42,242 bases of DNA from a virus (lineage: Duplodnaviria > Heunggongvirae > Uroviricota > Caudoviricetes), in the IMG/VR virus record IMGVR_UViG_2657245570_000016; one strand, written 5' to 3'. Of the stretch, positions 18,566 to 29,825 are shown piece after piece. Under the pieces are notes generated by a model. That model was not told where the DNA came from and made no database searches. It saw nothing but the letters and a program-made list of their open reading frames with translations. Numbering within the stretch: position 1 is the first letter of the stretch; each line of letters begins with the position of its first letter. A program made the position numbers and the translations under genes.

Positions 18566-19073
18566 GATTGTCATCGCGGCATTTTTCTTCTCTGCCTTTG
18601 GGGCGCTCGTCTGGTCTGCAAACCATTACCACAGCAAGTATCAGGCAGAAAAGTTGCGGGCTGATAAAGCGGAAGGTGAAGCTGAATATCAAGGGAAAGT
18701 GATAGCTAATCAGGCATTAAACTTCAATCGTTTTAACCAGATAGCAGAAAACGCAAGCCGATTAAATTCTCTGGTCGACATCGGTCACGAGAAGACAGTC
18801 ATCAAATACCGTGAGGTTCTGCTCCGTGAAAAGAACTGTGATTTCCCTGTTCCTGCTGATATTGCTGTCGGGTTGCTCAACTACGCGAACCGTTTACGCG
18901 CCAGCGCATTGCACGCCGATTCCGGGTACATTGACCCAGCCGGTGATCGTGCCACTACCACCAGAACGTTGACATATTGCCAGGCTGTTCTGTGGATTAA
19001 CCCATTGTTGGCAGCCATCGAGAAGGCGAATAACCAGTTGGCTGGTGTCCGACAAATAGAACAGTCCCGGTAA
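18549..19073 (+). CDS. Rz: Rz-like inner-membrane spanin
   Basis: N-terminal transmembrane helix then a coiled-coil-like periplasmic region; overlaps the endolysin end; contains an embedded +1-frame lipoprotein ORF. Confidence 0.7.
   Translation: MKLTYKIVIAAFFFSAFGALVWSANHYHSKYQAEKLRADKAEGEAEYQGKVIANQALNFNRFNQIAENASRLNSLVDIGHEKTVIKYREVLLREKNCDFPVPADIAVGLLNYANRLRASALHADSGYIDPAGDRATTTRTLTYCQAVLWINPLLAAIEKANNQLAGVRQIEQSR
18826..18972 (+). CDS. Rz1: Rz1-like outer-membrane spanin lipoprotein embedded in Rz
   Basis: Hand translation from GTG 18826: VKRTVISLFLLILLSGCSTTRTVYAPAHCTPIPGTLTQPVIVPLPPER, with lipobox LSGC and a proline-rich mature part; +1 frame relative to Rz. Confidence 0.65.
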   Translation: MKRTVISLFLLILLSGCSTTRTVYAPAHCTPIPGTLTQPVIVPLPPER

Positions 19074-19134
19074 TAGCATTACAGAAGCTCTTCCAGGAGG
19101 GGCTTCGATAATGACCTGATAACTGGAAAATAAA

Positions 19135-19707
19135 ATGACTAAGAAGCTGAAAGCAAAACACGAGGTGTTTTGTCGCGAGTTTCTTGTCGATCTGAATGCT
19201 ACACAAGCAGCTATTCGCGCAGGCTACGTCTCCAGGCGAGCACATGTTACGGGGGCTGAACTATACGGTAAACCTGAGATACGCGCCCGTATTAACGAGC
19301 TAAAGCAGGAGCGTATTGATCAACTGGGCATTGATGCGAATTATGTGCTGATGCGACTGGTTGAGATCGACAGGCTCGATGTGGCTGACATCCTAGAGGA
19401 CGATTTAAGTATTAAGCCTCTGTCTGCGTGGCCGGAATCGTGGCGTCGGTACCTGAGTGGATTTAACCTCGCTGAAATGTTTGAGGGGCGAGGAGATGAC
19501 AGAGAAATGGTCGGGATCCTTAAAAAGATTAAGTGGCCTGATAAGGTTAAAAACCTTGAGTTGCTTGGGCGTCATGTTTCTGTTCAGGCGTTTAAAGACA
19601 ACGTCAAAAATGAAGTGACTGGCGCTGATGGAGGACCAGTCAGAACAGAAATTACCAACTTAACGCCGGAGCAGGCTGCAGAGGCGTATAGAAAAATGAT
19701 GGGCTAA
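19135..19707 (+). CDS. Terminase small subunit
   Basis: 190 aa with N-terminal HTH-like region ([12 protein letters not shown]), directly upstream of the large terminase ORF. Confidence 0.7.
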   Translation: MTKKLKAKHEVFCREFLVDLNATQAAIRAGYVSRRAHVTGAELYGKPEIRARINELKQERIDQLGIDANYVLMRLVEIDRLDVADILEDDLSIKPLSAWPESWRRYLSGFNLAEMFEGRGDDREMVGILKKIKWPDKVKNLELLGRHVSVQAFKDNVKNEVTGADGGPVRTEITNLTPEQAAEAYRKMMG

Positions 19708-19709
19708 GT

Positions 19710-21332
19710 ATGCCGTTACCATTCCCCTTCGATTTTAAACATCCTGATTACCAGATGGTTTTTGAATGGCGGATGGAACGCCTACAGCGCATTCGCCAGA
19801 ATCCTGAAATATTGCCTGCACTAAAACAGTTTTACCGAACCAATCCGGCTCAGTTCATCATCGACTGGGGCATGACAACGGACCCGCGTAATATTGATTA
19901 TGGCCTGCCGGTGACCATTCCGTTTTTACTCTTCCCTAAGCAGGAGGAGTGGATCCACTGGATTATGGAACGCTGGGGCAATCGGGAGAATGGTATTACC
20001 GAAAAATCCCGTGAAATGGGGCTCAGTTGGACCGCGATCGGACTGGCATGTTCGCTTTGTCTCTTCAACAAAGAAATGGTTATCGGTTTCGGCTCCCGTA
20101 AAGAGGAATACGTCGACAGCACCGGTGACCCGAAAGCATTGTTCTGGAAGGCGCGCAAGTTCGTGGAAACACTGCCTGTAGAGTTTCGCGGTTCGTGGAG
20201 CGAGAAGAAGCACGCGCCATATATGCGTGTTGAGTTTCCTGAAACTGGTGCCGTTATCAAAGGCGAGGCTGGCGATAATATTGGTCGTGGTGACCGTACC
20301 ACGCTTTATCTGGTTGATGAGGCTGCATTCCTTCAGCGTCCTCTGCTGATTGATGCGGCGTTGTCACAAACGACGCGTTGCCGTATCGACCTGAGTTCAG
20401 TTAACGGCATGGCTAACCCGTTCGCTCAGAAGCGTCATGGCGGGAAGATACCGGTATTCACATTCCACTGGCGGGATGATCCTCGCAAGGATGAAGAGTG
20501 GTATCGCAGGGAATGCGAGAAAATCGATAATCCGGTGGTGGTGGCACAGGAACTTGATCTGAACTACAGCGCATCAGCGGAAGGCGTCCTGATTCCATCC
20601 GAATGGGTACAGGCTGCCGTTGATGCGCATATCAAACTGGGTATCCAGCCAACAGGCAAACGACTTGGCGCGATGGATGTCGCCGACGAAGGCAGGGACA
20701 AAAATGCCTTTTCCACCCGTCATGGCTTCCTCCTGGAAAATGTGCGGGAATGGTCCGGTGTGGGCAGCGACATTTATCAGTCCGTCAAGAAGGTTTTCGG
20801 CTTTTGCGAACAGGACAACCTCGAAGAGTTTCGCTTTGACGAGGACGGGCTGGGCGCTGGCGTTCGCGGCGATGCACGCGCTATCAACGAACTGCGTAAC
20901 GCTGCGCGTCGACCGTCAATACTTGCCACACCGTTTCGAGGTAGTGGCGCGGTATTTGATCCGGATGATGAAGCTGTTCGCGGGGACAACGGGCAAGCCG
21001 CACGTCTGAACAAGGACTTCTTCGCTAACGCCAAAGCCCAGAGCTGGTGGCGGTTACGTAAACTTTTTCAGAATACCTGGCGCGCCGTGGTTGAAGGTAT
21101 GGCTTACAACCCGGACGAAATCATCTCAATCAGCAGTAGCATGGCACTCAAAGATAAACTCATCATCGAGCTTTCGCAGCCGACCTATTCCATTAATGGT
21201 GTGGGAAAAATAGTTATTGATAAACAGCCTGATGGAACCCGATCGCCAAACCTTGCCGACTCGGTGATGATCAACTATGCCCCAATGAATTCAGCCCTGA
21301 ACATCTGGGAGCTGCTAGGGAGACAGGCCTGA
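19710..21332 (+). CDS. Terminase large subunit
   Basis: 540-aa ORF between small terminase and portal; acidic nuclease-like C-terminal half; assignment mainly by position and size. Confidence 0.65.
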   Translation: MPLPFPFDFKHPDYQMVFEWRMERLQRIRQNPEILPALKQFYRTNPAQFIIDWGMTTDPRNIDYGLPVTIPFLLFPKQEEWIHWIMERWGNRENGITEKSREMGLSWTAIGLACSLCLFNKEMVIGFGSRKEEYVDSTGDPKALFWKARKFVETLPVEFRGSWSEKKHAPYMRVEFPETGAVIKGEAGDNIGRGDRTTLYLVDEAAFLQRPLLIDAALSQTTRCRIDLSSVNGMANPFAQKRHGGKIPVFTFHWRDDPRKDEEWYRRECEKIDNPVVVAQELDLNYSASAEGVLIPSEWVQAAVDAHIKLGIQPTGKRLGAMDVADEGRDKNAFSTRHGFLLENVREWSGVGSDIYQSVKKVFGFCEQDNLEEFRFDEDGLGAGVRGDARAINELRNAARRPSILATPFRGSGAVFDPDDEAVRGDNGQAARLNKDFFANAKAQSWWRLRKLFQNTWRAVVEGMAYNPDEIISISSSMALKDKLIIELSQPTYSINGVGKIVIDKQPDGTRSPNLADSVMINYAPMNSALNIWELLGRQA

Positions 21333-22798
21333 TGGCACGAAACAAACAAGCCCTGCGGCGAACTGCGCAGGCCACAGCTGATGGTTATGAGAATTTTATT
21401 GCCCGCGTAGGGATGCAGACACCTAACCAGCACTCAGCATCCACCTACCGGGCTAATTTCACCAGTCGTAACCGCATGCTGGTGGAATGGTCCTATCGTT
21501 CGTCCTGGATCATCGGCGAAGCAGTCGATGCTATCCCGGATGATATGACCCGCAAAGGCATTCGCATCACTTCGGAAATTGATGCAAAAGATCGTGGCAT
21601 TCTCGAATCACAACTGGATGAGTTGCAAATCTGGGATGCGCTGAATGACGTGCTGAAATGGTCGCGCCTCTACGGCGGCGCGGTGGGTTTCATCATGATT
21701 GAGGGGCAGGCACCAATGACCCCGCTGCGACCCGAAACCATCGGTAAGGGCAAGTTTAAGGGAATTCTCCCGCTCGACCGCTGGATGATTGACCCGGTAC
21801 TGACCCGCCGCATTAAAGATATGGGGCCGGACCTGGGTAAACCTGAGTTTTACGATGTGGTGACCACAGCAACGGGAATTCCTGCCTGGCGCATTCATCA
21901 CAGTCGACTGATTCGCTTTGATGGCGTCACGCTGCCATTTCAGCAGAAGATGACCGAGAACGAATGGGGAATGTCGGTTGTAGAGCGTATCTGGGATCGT
22001 CTTACCGCGTTCGACAGCGCTACTGTCGGCGCGGCGCAGCTGGTCTACAAAGCGCATTTGCGTACCTACAGCGTGGAGAAGCTACGCGAGCTTATCGCAC
22101 TTGGTGGTCCTGCGTATGAAGCGTTGCTGAAGAATATTGACCTGATTCGACAGTTCCAGAGCAATGAAGGCATGACTCTCATGGACTCGCGGGATAAGTT
22201 TGAAACCCATCAGTACAGCTTCAGTGGTCTGGATGACATCCTTTCACAGTTTGCAGAACAGATTAGTGGCGCTGTTGGTATCCCACTGGTGCGGTTGTTC
22301 GGACAGTCCCCGAAGGGATTTTCTACCGGCGATGCAGACCTTGCCAACTATTACGACCGGGTAAGCTCGTTGCAGGAGAGGCGTTTACGTCTTCCGGTGC
22401 GGCGGATACTGGACATCATGCATCGTTCGGAACTTGGCAAGCCGCTGCCGGACGATTTCACGTTTGAGTTTAACCCGCTCTGGCAAATGTCTGATGTCGA
22501 TCGCTCAACGGTGGCGTTAAACACTACCAACGCAATCAGTACAGCGCTGGGTGATGGTCTGATGACACTGAAAGCCGCTATGACTGATTTGCGAGAAAAT
22601 TCTGACGTAACCGGCATCGGGGCATCCATTACCGACGAGGACATCGAGAATGCCGAAGATGAAGCGCCGCCCGGCATCGGCGAACCTGATGACGAACCGC
22701 AGGAACCGTCAGGCGGAAATCCGGTATCGAACCAGCCTACGCAGGATAGCGCGGGCGGTCGGGGACATCGTAAATGGTCACTACGATGGTTCAAATGA
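21332..22798 (+). CDS. Portal protein
   Basis: 488 aa after terminase, acidic C-terminus; typical position and size. Confidence 0.7.
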   Translation: MARNKQALRRTAQATADGYENFIARVGMQTPNQHSASTYRANFTSRNRMLVEWSYRSSWIIGEAVDAIPDDMTRKGIRITSEIDAKDRGILESQLDELQIWDALNDVLKWSRLYGGAVGFIMIEGQAPMTPLRPETIGKGKFKGILPLDRWMIDPVLTRRIKDMGPDLGKPEFYDVVTTATGIPAWRIHHSRLIRFDGVTLPFQQKMTENEWGMSVVERIWDRLTAFDSATVGAAQLVYKAHLRTYSVEKLRELIALGGPAYEALLKNIDLIRQFQSNEGMTLMDSRDKFETHQYSFSGLDDILSQFAEQISGAVGIPLVRLFGQSPKGFSTGDADLANYYDRVSSLQERRLRLPVRRILDIMHRSELGKPLPDDFTFEFNPLWQMSDVDRSTVALNTTNAISTALGDGLMTLKAAMTDLRENSDVTGIGASITDEDIENAEDEAPPGIGEPDDEPQEPSGGNPVSNQPTQDSAGGRGHRKWSLRWFK

Positions 22799-23423
22799 CA
22801 GTATCACGGAAATTATTGAGGCGCTGGAGCGCTACAGTGAAATCATCACCCCCTGGGCGACAAAGGTCGCGGAAAACTTTACCGCCGATATTGTGCGCAA
22901 GAATGATGAGCAGTGGCGTAAACACAGCAAAACCATCAGCCGTGAGCTACGCAATCTGGTAAACAGTGCCCCGCCAGGGCAGGTGATGAAATCCATCGTT
23001 GCTGAACAGGTTAAGTACATTAAATCGCTACCCCTCGAGGCGGCTGACAGGGTGTACGACATCCAGAATCGGGCGATTGAAGCTGTTGTGACCGGTGGGA
23101 GAGCGGAACATTTTGCTAAAGAAATAGCCGCATCGGGTGATATAGCAAAGTCCAGAGCTGACCTGATTGCCCGTACTGAACTTGGACGTGCAACCGGCGC
23201 GCTGGATCAGGCGCGTGCGCTGGCAATTGGTTCGAATGGTTATATCTGGCGTACAGCCGAAGATGGTGACGTCAGGCATTCTCATCGGGAAATGGAAGGT
23301 AAATTTGTCGAATGGGGCAAACCTCCAACGCTTGATGGCATGACCGGTCACGCTGGCGAGCTCCCGAATTGCCGCTGTTATAAAGAAATCGTTTTTCCCA
23401 CCTCCCATTCTTATCCCGCCTGA
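22650..23423 (+). CDS. Head morphogenesis protein (Mu F / SPP1 gp7-like)
   Basis: Follows portal; C-terminal conserved region (GYIWRTAEDGDVRHSHREMEGKFVEW...NCRCY). Overlaps the portal 3' end by 149 nt in another frame, so the true start is uncertain. Confidence 0.6.
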   Translation: MPKMKRRPASANLMTNRRNRQAEIRYRTSLRRIARAVGDIVNGHYDGSNDSITEIIEALERYSEIITPWATKVAENFTADIVRKNDEQWRKHSKTISRELRNLVNSAPPGQVMKSIVAEQVKYIKSLPLEAADRVYDIQNRAIEAVVTGGRAEHFAKEIAASGDIAKSRADLIARTELGRATGALDQARALAIGSNGYIWRTAEDGDVRHSHREMEGKFVEWGKPPTLDGMTGHAGELPNCRCYKEIVFPTSHSYPA

Positions 23424-23437
23424 ATCGCAGGTAACAC

Positions 23438-24658
23438 ATGAAATATTTTTTCAATACCCGGCTGGGGGAAACCCGCTATCAGCTGGCTGACGGCTCGTTG
23501 CTGTGCAAAGACGTGCCGATAGGACGAACAGGTAAGCAGCTCTATGGTGCTGATGACCTGCCAAAACTGAAACCCGATAAGTTCGGTGAAATAGTCGTCA
23601 CGCGTTCTCCTGAGCAGGTATTCCATCCGGCCACGCTCGCCTCATTCGAAGGGATGAGCATCACGATCCTGCATCCTGAAGATGAAAACGGGAATGTGCG
23701 GCTGGTAAATCCCGAGAACTGGAAAGAGCTTGCTGTCGGGCACCTCCAGAATGTCCGGCGCGGGACGGGTGAGCAGTCTGATTTGATGCTGGCTGACCTT
23801 ATCGTCAAAGACGAAAACGCCATTCAGCTTATCGAAGATGGCCTGCGAGAAGTGTCGTGCGGCTATGACGCGGAGTACGAGCAGACCGAGCCAGGTAAAG
23901 CCGGGCAGGTCGATATTACCGGAAACCATGTGGCTCTTGTCCCCAAAGGCAGAGCCGGAAATCGTTGTGCAATTGGAGACAGAGACACAATGGCAAATCA
24001 AAAGAAAAACTGGTGGAACCGCATGCGTGCAGCCATCAAGACAGGAGATGCCGACACCATGAACGAACTGGTGGAGTCGGCTCCCGCATCGGTTACAGGA
24101 GATGAGGGGGATTTGCCGCAGGGCGTTAATCTCAACATCAACCTGTCCCCGCAGCAACCACTACCGGACAAAGCACCAGAGATGGGTGGAGGTCCAACCG
24201 GCGACAGTGATGATGACCTCAAAACATTACTGAAAGCCCTGCTGGCTAAGCTGGAAGGAAATGCCACGGGCGATAACGATAATAAGCCTGACGATAATCC
24301 GACCGGTGACGGCGAGGACGATGAAGAGGAAACCACGATTACTGGTGACTCAGCCTGGCGTGCCGAAGTTATCGTTCCGGGTATCGATCTGAGCCGTAAG
24401 ATGAAACCGACCGAGTTCAAACGCGAGGTTCTGGCTTCCGCAGATAAAACGCTGGTTCGCCAGATTGTCGGTGATGCGGATATCCGCAAATTGCCGAAAC
24501 AATCGGTCGACATGGCGTTTAATGCCGTGTCTGAGATTGCCAAAGGGCGAAACACCCGCGCCACCACCGGCGATGCACAGCGCCTAAACATGGGCATGAC
24601 CAGTATCGCTTCCCTGAACAAACAAAACGCTGAATTCTGGGCAAACCGTAAAGGGTAA
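23438..24658 (+). CDS. Putative scaffold/prohead-processing protein (DUF2213-like)
   Basis: 406 aa with an acidic low-complexity segment (GDSDDDL...DGEDDEEE); sits between head morphogenesis and capsid genes. Confidence 0.5.
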   Translation: MKYFFNTRLGETRYQLADGSLLCKDVPIGRTGKQLYGADDLPKLKPDKFGEIVVTRSPEQVFHPATLASFEGMSITILHPEDENGNVRLVNPENWKELAVGHLQNVRRGTGEQSDLMLADLIVKDENAIQLIEDGLREVSCGYDAEYEQTEPGKAGQVDITGNHVALVPKGRAGNRCAIGDRDTMANQKKNWWNRMRAAIKTGDADTMNELVESAPASVTGDEGDLPQGVNLNINLSPQQPLPDKAPEMGGGPTGDSDDDLKTLLKALLAKLEGNATGDNDNKPDDNPTGDGEDDEEETTITGDSAWRAEVIVPGIDLSRKMKPTEFKREVLASADKTLVRQIVGDADIRKLPKQSVDMAFNAVSEIAKGRNTRATTGDAQRLNMGMTSIASLNKQNAEFWANRKG

Positions 24659-24661
24659 AAA

Positions 24662-25168
24662 ATGAATAATGTATTTCTGTACCGGATGCCTGTTGGCATT
24701 GCCGGGGCTGTCTCTCGCCCGCAGGACTTAACCGTCGAACCGGTGGTCCTTAAATCCGATAACGCCTTCGCTGCCTATGGCCTGGCTGGTAAATACGATG
24801 ATGACGGTTTTTTCGTGCCGCTGGCAGATGGTGATACCGCAGACAAGGTAAAGGGGATCTACGTGCGCCCTTATCCGACCACGTCGCAGCCGGACATGGT
24901 TCGCCAGGTGGGAACAGGCAAGAACTTCCCGGGCGACGCCATGAAGCGTGGCTACGTGACTGTTAATCTCGGTTCTGATTTTGATGCCAGCACCATCAAA
25001 AAAGGCGACCCGGTATACGTTGTCGTCTCCACTGATGAATCCATCAAAGTGCCGCTGGGGGGATTCATGTCCACGTCAGTCAGTGGCAAAAATGTGGTGC
25101 TGACCAACGCTGAATTCACAGGTGCCGGTGATGCTGACGGCAATGCAGAAATTTCCTGGAAGATTTAA
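24662..25168 (+). CDS. Head structural protein (decoration/cement-like)
   Basis: 168-aa ORF immediately upstream of the major capsid gene. Confidence 0.45.
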   Translation: MNNVFLYRMPVGIAGAVSRPQDLTVEPVVLKSDNAFAAYGLAGKYDDDGFFVPLADGDTADKVKGIYVRPYPTTSQPDMVRQVGTGKNFPGDAMKRGYVTVNLGSDFDASTIKKGDPVYVVVSTDESIKVPLGGFMSTSVSGKNVVLTNAEFTGAGDADGNAEISWKI

Positions 25169-25179
25169 GGAACAGACGA

Positions 25180-26121
25180 ATGATTACTTTTGATCAGGCA
25201 ACCGTTGACAGCTCTGGTGCCTTTCTCATCGGGGAGCTGGAGCGACTCGACCAGACGCTGAACCTGCCACTGGTGGGGTACACCTGGACCCGCGATATTC
25301 AGTTGCGTGAAGATGTCTCTATCGCAGATGACATTTCCAGCTGGACGAATACCAGCTTCGCCGCTGCGGGTACTGGTGCAAATCCGAATGGCAAAAACTG
25401 GGTAGGCAAAGACTCAACCGCTATTGCTGGCGTGAACGTGGATATCGGCAAATCCGGTAACCCGCTGAACCTGTGGGGGATGGAACTTGGCTGGACGGTC
25501 ATAGAATTGCAGGCTGCTCAGCAGGTCGGCCGCCCGATTGATACGCAGAAGTATGACGGTATGCAACTGAAATGGCAGATGGATAACGATGAACAGGTAT
25601 ATGTTGGCGATTCCGCATTAAACCTGAAAGGCCTTGTTACCCTGGACGGCGTGCCTGTCAACAACGCTGCCAAAACGTGGGCAACCTCAACACCGGACGA
25701 AATCCGCGCAAGCATTAACCAGGTGCTGTCTGATGCGTGGGCCGCTTCCGGTTACTCTGTGGTTCCGCGTGATTTGCTGATCCCGCCTGAGCAGTTTGCT
25801 CTGTTGTCCAGCATCATCGTTTCATCTGCGGGTAACCAGTCCCTGTTGACGTATCTTCAGACCAACACCATCAGCTATCACCAGAACGGTGTTCCGCTGA
25901 ATATCCGCGCGGTTAAATGGCTGAAAGGCCGTGGTGTGAGGAAAAAGGATCGCATGGTTGCGTACACCAACGATAAAAAATACGTTCGCTACCCGCTGGT
26001 TCCGCTTCAGAGCGTGCCGGTGCAGTATCGCGGTCTGTATCAGATCGTCACTTACTACGGCAAGCTGGGTGCGGTTGAGCCAGTGTACAAAGAAACCATT
26101 TCGTACGTTGATGGCATTTAA
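25180..26121 (+). CDS. Major capsid protein
   Basis: 313 aa in the canonical position after scaffold and decoration genes. Confidence 0.65.
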   Translation: MITFDQATVDSSGAFLIGELERLDQTLNLPLVGYTWTRDIQLREDVSIADDISSWTNTSFAAAGTGANPNGKNWVGKDSTAIAGVNVDIGKSGNPLNLWGMELGWTVIELQAAQQVGRPIDTQKYDGMQLKWQMDNDEQVYVGDSALNLKGLVTLDGVPVNNAAKTWATSTPDEIRASINQVLSDAWAASGYSVVPRDLLIPPEQFALLSSIIVSSAGNQSLLTYLQTNTISYHQNGVPLNIRAVKWLKGRGVRKKDRMVAYTNDKKYVRYPLVPLQSVPVQYRGLYQIVTYYGKLGAVEPVYKETISYVDGI

Positions 26122-26162
26122 CAGCCACATGGCCCCCTGGCGGGGCCATTAAGGATGACCCG

Positions 26163-26384
26163 ATGGCAAAAAATAATGCAGTAATACACGTACATACCCC
26201 GTTTGTGCTCACGCTTCCCGACGGTTCACGGCGCGAGTTTGTTAAAGGCCGTCATGCTGTGGAGGAAGACGTTGCCACGCACTGGTTCACTCGTGCGCAC
26301 GCGGAAGTATCCGTTGGCAAAGCCACAGACGCGCGTAACGAGGTAAAAAATGCCAAAGAATCAAAATCTGCCAGCGGTAAGTGA
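26163..26384 (+). CDS. Hypothetical small head-module protein
   Basis: 73-aa ORF with Shine-Dalgarno (AAGGATGA); overlaps the next gene by 35 nt. Confidence 0.4.
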   Translation: MAKNNAVIHVHTPFVLTLPDGSRREFVKGRHAVEEDVATHWFTRAHAEVSVGKATDARNEVKNAKESKSASGK

Positions 26385-26757
26385 TTTTCGCCGCGACTTC
26401 CCGCAGTTTGCTGACCCTGCCAAATATCCCGAAGCGCAAATCCAGTTTCGTCTGAATCTGGCCGATGAACTGCTGAGCGAAAACGTCACCGGCAAAAAGT
26501 TGTTTCCGTATTTTGCCGGATTGTTCGTTGCACACTACATGACGCTCTGGGCGGCAGACAGCCGGGCGATGCTGGCTGGCGGGCCGGGCGGTTCAACCAA
26601 TGGTGTTCAGTCCTCAAAGTCCGTTGACAAGGTAAGCGTCAGCTATGACACCAGCGCGACGCTGAATCCTGATGCAGGTTTCTGGAATAACACCCGATAT
26701 GGCGCTGAATTTTATCAGTTGATCACGATGTTCGGTGCAGGCGGTCGCCAGCTATGA
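26350..26757 (+). CDS. Putative head-tail connector protein (DUF4054-like)
   Basis: 135-aa ORF in the head-tail joining block; translationally coupled to neighbours. Confidence 0.45.
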   Translation: MPKNQNLPAVSDFRRDFPQFADPAKYPEAQIQFRLNLADELLSENVTGKKLFPYFAGLFVAHYMTLWAADSRAMLAGGPGGSTNGVQSSKSVDKVSVSYDTSATLNPDAGFWNNTRYGAEFYQLITMFGAGGRQL

Positions 26758-27308
26758 GTTTCAAAAGCGGTGTAACAACGAGGGTGGATAACGCTAAGGC
26801 CATTCTGGATGCGCTCAGGTCGTTAACCAAAAAAGATGTGCTGGTCGGCATCCCTTCGGAAGACAGCGGGCGGGATGATGTTCCGTTTGGTAATGCGGGC
26901 ATCGGTTACCTCAACGAATACGGCTCACCAGAGCAGAACATCCCGCCACGACCTCACCTGGTCCCCGGCGTTAAATCGGCAGAAGAGCAGACGGTGCCGC
27001 AGCTCAAAACCGCGGCGCAGGCTGCTCTTGATGGTAATGCTGCGGGAGCAGAACGCGCACTCAACCGTGCCGGAACGCTGGCCGCTAATGGCGTCAGGCG
27101 TTACATGACTATTACCGGCTTTACGCCGCTTGCTGACAGCACTGTTGAAGCCCGGGCTCGTCGGGGGCGCAAGGGGGCAACACTGGAACTTGCCCGGCGT
27201 GTTGCTGGCGAATCTCCCGGAACCGATCTGGCGAAACCATTAATTGACACCGGGCAATATCGCAGAGCTATTACCCATGTAGTGAGGGATAAAGATGCCG
27301 ACTCTTGA
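26754..27308 (+). CDS. Putative head completion/adaptor protein
   Basis: 184 aa, overlapping start/stop with neighbours in the late operon. Confidence 0.4.
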   Translation: MSFKSGVTTRVDNAKAILDALRSLTKKDVLVGIPSEDSGRDDVPFGNAGIGYLNEYGSPEQNIPPRPHLVPGVKSAEEQTVPQLKTAAQAALDGNAAGAERALNRAGTLAANGVRRYMTITGFTPLADSTVEARARRGRKGATLELARRVAGESPGTDLAKPLIDTGQYRRAITHVVRDKDADS

Positions 27309-27684
27309 TGTAACAGATGTGCTTTTTGACCCCGATTTTTGCGGCTTCAATTTGTGGGTAACACGCCGAGTGCAAACGGTGGATGAGGACGGGATCGGCA
27401 GCGACAGTGAAGTTAAAAAGCAGTTTGCCGGAGTCGTAACTGTTGATCGCTCTCTGGAAAACCGTCGTATGCAGGCCGGGCAGGTAATCAGTGGTGCAAT
27501 TCTGATTGTGACGACTGAGCGACTGACACAGGGACAGACTGGCCGTGATGCCGATATCGTGACGTATCAGGGCCGTGATTATCGTGTGACTTTCGTCGAC
27601 CCGTATACAGCGTATGGTGCCGGATTCGTTCAGGCGCATTGTGAGTTGATGCCGTTTGATGGGGGAACTCCGGTTGAGCAATAA
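27295..27684 (+). CDS. Putative head-tail joining protein
   Basis: 129 aa, coupled ORF in the late operon. Confidence 0.4.
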   Translation: MPTLDVTDVLFDPDFCGFNLWVTRRVQTVDEDGIGSDSEVKKQFAGVVTVDRSLENRRMQAGQVISGAILIVTTERLTQGQTGRDADIVTYQGRDYRVTFVDPYTAYGAGFVQAHCELMPFDGGTPVEQ

Positions 27685-28222
27685 CACCAGTACAGAGCGC
27701 GGATGGTTAATACCAACCAGTGGCGATCCGGATTATGACGAAGCGCTCGACAGGCTGTTAAGCCAGTGGATGCGTAACGTTTCCGGCCTGTCTGCCGGGA
27801 TGGTTCGCCCGCGCTGGCAGAAAGAGCAGCCGCCACTGCTACCGGTTGAAACGAACTGGTGTGCGTTTGGGGTTATCGGATGGTCAGGTGATGACAGTCC
27901 GGCATTCACCAGACAGACCGATGATGGCTCTCAGCTCTGGCGGCATGAAACGATTGAGTGTATGGCTTCGTTTTATGGACCGGCGGGGATGGTGTATGCG
28001 TCCCGGTTTCGTGACGGTATATCTGTGCCGCAGAACAATGCAGCACTGAATGCGCTGGGGCTGTCTCTTGGCGATTACACAGGTCTGACTCCCTTCCCTG
28101 AACTTATTAATCAGCAATGGGTCCGCCGCTACGATATGACGGTGCGCCTGCGCCGGAAGGTTGTGCGCGAGTACGGTATTAAATCGCTGGTGGAAGCACC
28201 AGTCATCTTTTTCGGAGATTAA
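27656..28222 (+). CDS. Putative tail completion/terminator protein
   Basis: 188 aa immediately upstream of the sheath gene. Confidence 0.4.
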   Translation: MMGELRLSNNTSTERGWLIPTSGDPDYDEALDRLLSQWMRNVSGLSAGMVRPRWQKEQPPLLPVETNWCAFGVIGWSGDDSPAFTRQTDDGSQLWRHETIECMASFYGPAGMVYASRFRDGISVPQNNAALNALGLSLGDYTGLTPFPELINQQWVRRYDMTVRLRRKVVREYGIKSLVEAPVIFFGD

Positions 28223-28225
28223 GCT

Positions 28226-29371
28226 ATGGCACAGGGCTTGCCTGTATCAAACGTTGTTAATGTTGATGTGATCATGTCGCCGCGTGCAGCATCAGGGCGA
28301 AATTTTGGTGCATTACTCATTCTCGGCCCGTCCACAATCATTCCGGTAAGTGAGCGCATTCGCCGTTATTCTGCCGCGGAAGATATTGGAAAAGATTTTG
28401 GCGTGGAATCACCAGAATATAAAGCTGCGCAGGTGTTTTTCTCACAATCACCGAAACCTCAGGAGGTTTTTGTTGGTCGTTGGGTGAAAACGAAGGGAGA
28501 CAGCGAACAGGCCACGCCTGAGACGCTGGAGCAGGCTGTGAATGCCATGCTTGATTATACTTCATGGTATGGGCTGGGGATTGCAGACGATGCAGATATT
28601 CCGGATGCAGACTGGCTGAAAGTGGCTGCGGCGATCGAATCCTCTTCTGTAAGCCGTATTCTGGCGATTACGACAAGCGATGAGAAATGCCTGCAGACTG
28701 CATCCAGAGATGATTTGGCATCAAAACTGAAAAGCGCCGGATATTCACGCAGTTTTATACAATATTCATCGGGTAATAAATTCGCTGCGTTATCTGCATT
28801 TGGCCGGGCATTCACGGTTAATTTCAATGGCAGTAATACCGCGATTACGCTCAAGTTTAAGCAGGAGCCGGGTGTCGGGTATGAAACACTGACAGTCAGC
28901 CAGGCATCGGCACTTGATGCAAAAAACTGCAATGTGTTCGTGTACTACCAGAATGATACAGCTATCCTCCAGCAGGGAGTGATGGCTAACGGCGATTTCT
29001 TTGATGAACGCCACGGCCTGGACTGGTTACAGAATTATGTGCAGACCAACCTCTATAACCTGCTTTATACCAGCACCACGAAGGTTCCCCAGACTGAAGC
29101 CGGTATTACCCGACTGTTATCAAATGTTGAAAAATCACTGGATCAGGCCGTTCAGAATGGACTGATTGCTCCGGGCGTATGGAACGGTGGCGACCTTGGC
29201 CAGTTGTCATCAGGTGACACGCTGCCCAAAGGTTATTACGTATACGCCCAGCCGCTGGATGAACAGGCACAATCAGAACGTGAAGCCCGTAAGGCTCCGG
29301 TGATTCAGGCTGCAATAAAACTTGCAGGCGCGGTTCATTACGCTGACGTACAGATTAACGTTGTTCGCTAA
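28226..29371 (+). CDS. Tail sheath protein (DUF3383-like)
   Basis: 381 aa directly upstream of the tube, chaperone and tape measure genes. Confidence 0.6.
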   Translation: MAQGLPVSNVVNVDVIMSPRAASGRNFGALLILGPSTIIPVSERIRRYSAAEDIGKDFGVESPEYKAAQVFFSQSPKPQEVFVGRWVKTKGDSEQATPETLEQAVNAMLDYTSWYGLGIADDADIPDADWLKVAAAIESSSVSRILAITTSDEKCLQTASRDDLASKLKSAGYSRSFIQYSSGNKFAALSAFGRAFTVNFNGSNTAITLKFKQEPGVGYETLTVSQASALDAKNCNVFVYYQNDTAILQQGVMANGDFFDERHGLDWLQNYVQTNLYNLLYTSTTKVPQTEAGITRLLSNVEKSLDQAVQNGLIAPGVWNGGDLGQLSSGDTLPKGYYVYAQPLDEQAQSEREARKAPVIQAAIKLAGAVHYADVQINVVR

Positions 29372-29381
29372 GGGGAAGTGA

Positions 29382-29822
29382 ATGTCTACCTATTCTTTTA
29401 TGGATGTCACTGCGACGCTGACCGGGCCGACCGGTTCGATTGACCTCGGGTACGGTTCGGCAAGTTCTGAAGAGGGGATTGTGGTTGCGATGGGCGGTCC
29501 TAAAAACACCATGACCATCGGTGCTGATGGTGAAGTGATGCACAGCCTCCATGCAGATAAAAGCGGGACGATTACCGTTAACCTTCTGAAGACATCACCG
29601 ACAAATAAAAAATTGTCGCTGGCGTATAACGCACAGAGCCAGTCTTCTGCCACATGGGGGAATAACGTTATCGTTATCCGCAACAAGGTCAGCGGCGACA
29701 TCATCACGGCACGCAGTGTTGCGTTCCAGAAACAACCGGATAACGCCAACGCTAAAACCGGTAATACGATGCCGTGGGTGTTTGACTGCGGCAAGATTGA
29801 CCAGGTTCTCGGGGAGTTTTAA
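29382..29822 (+). CDS. Tail tube protein
   Basis: 146 aa between sheath and chaperone genes. Confidence 0.55.
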   Translation: MSTYSFMDVTATLTGPTGSIDLGYGSASSEEGIVVAMGGPKNTMTIGADGEVMHSLHADKSGTITVNLLKTSPTNKKLSLAYNAQSQSSATWGNNVIVIRNKVSGDIITARSVAFQKQPDNANAKTGNTMPWVFDCGKIDQVLGEF

Positions 29823-29825
29823 TGC

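Noticed and set aside
23542-24699. Minus-strand ORFs overlapping the scaffold-like gene (23642..24157, 23998..24699)
   Set aside because: Ser/Pro/Arg-rich translations typical of antisense frames of an acidic gene; no independent signals.
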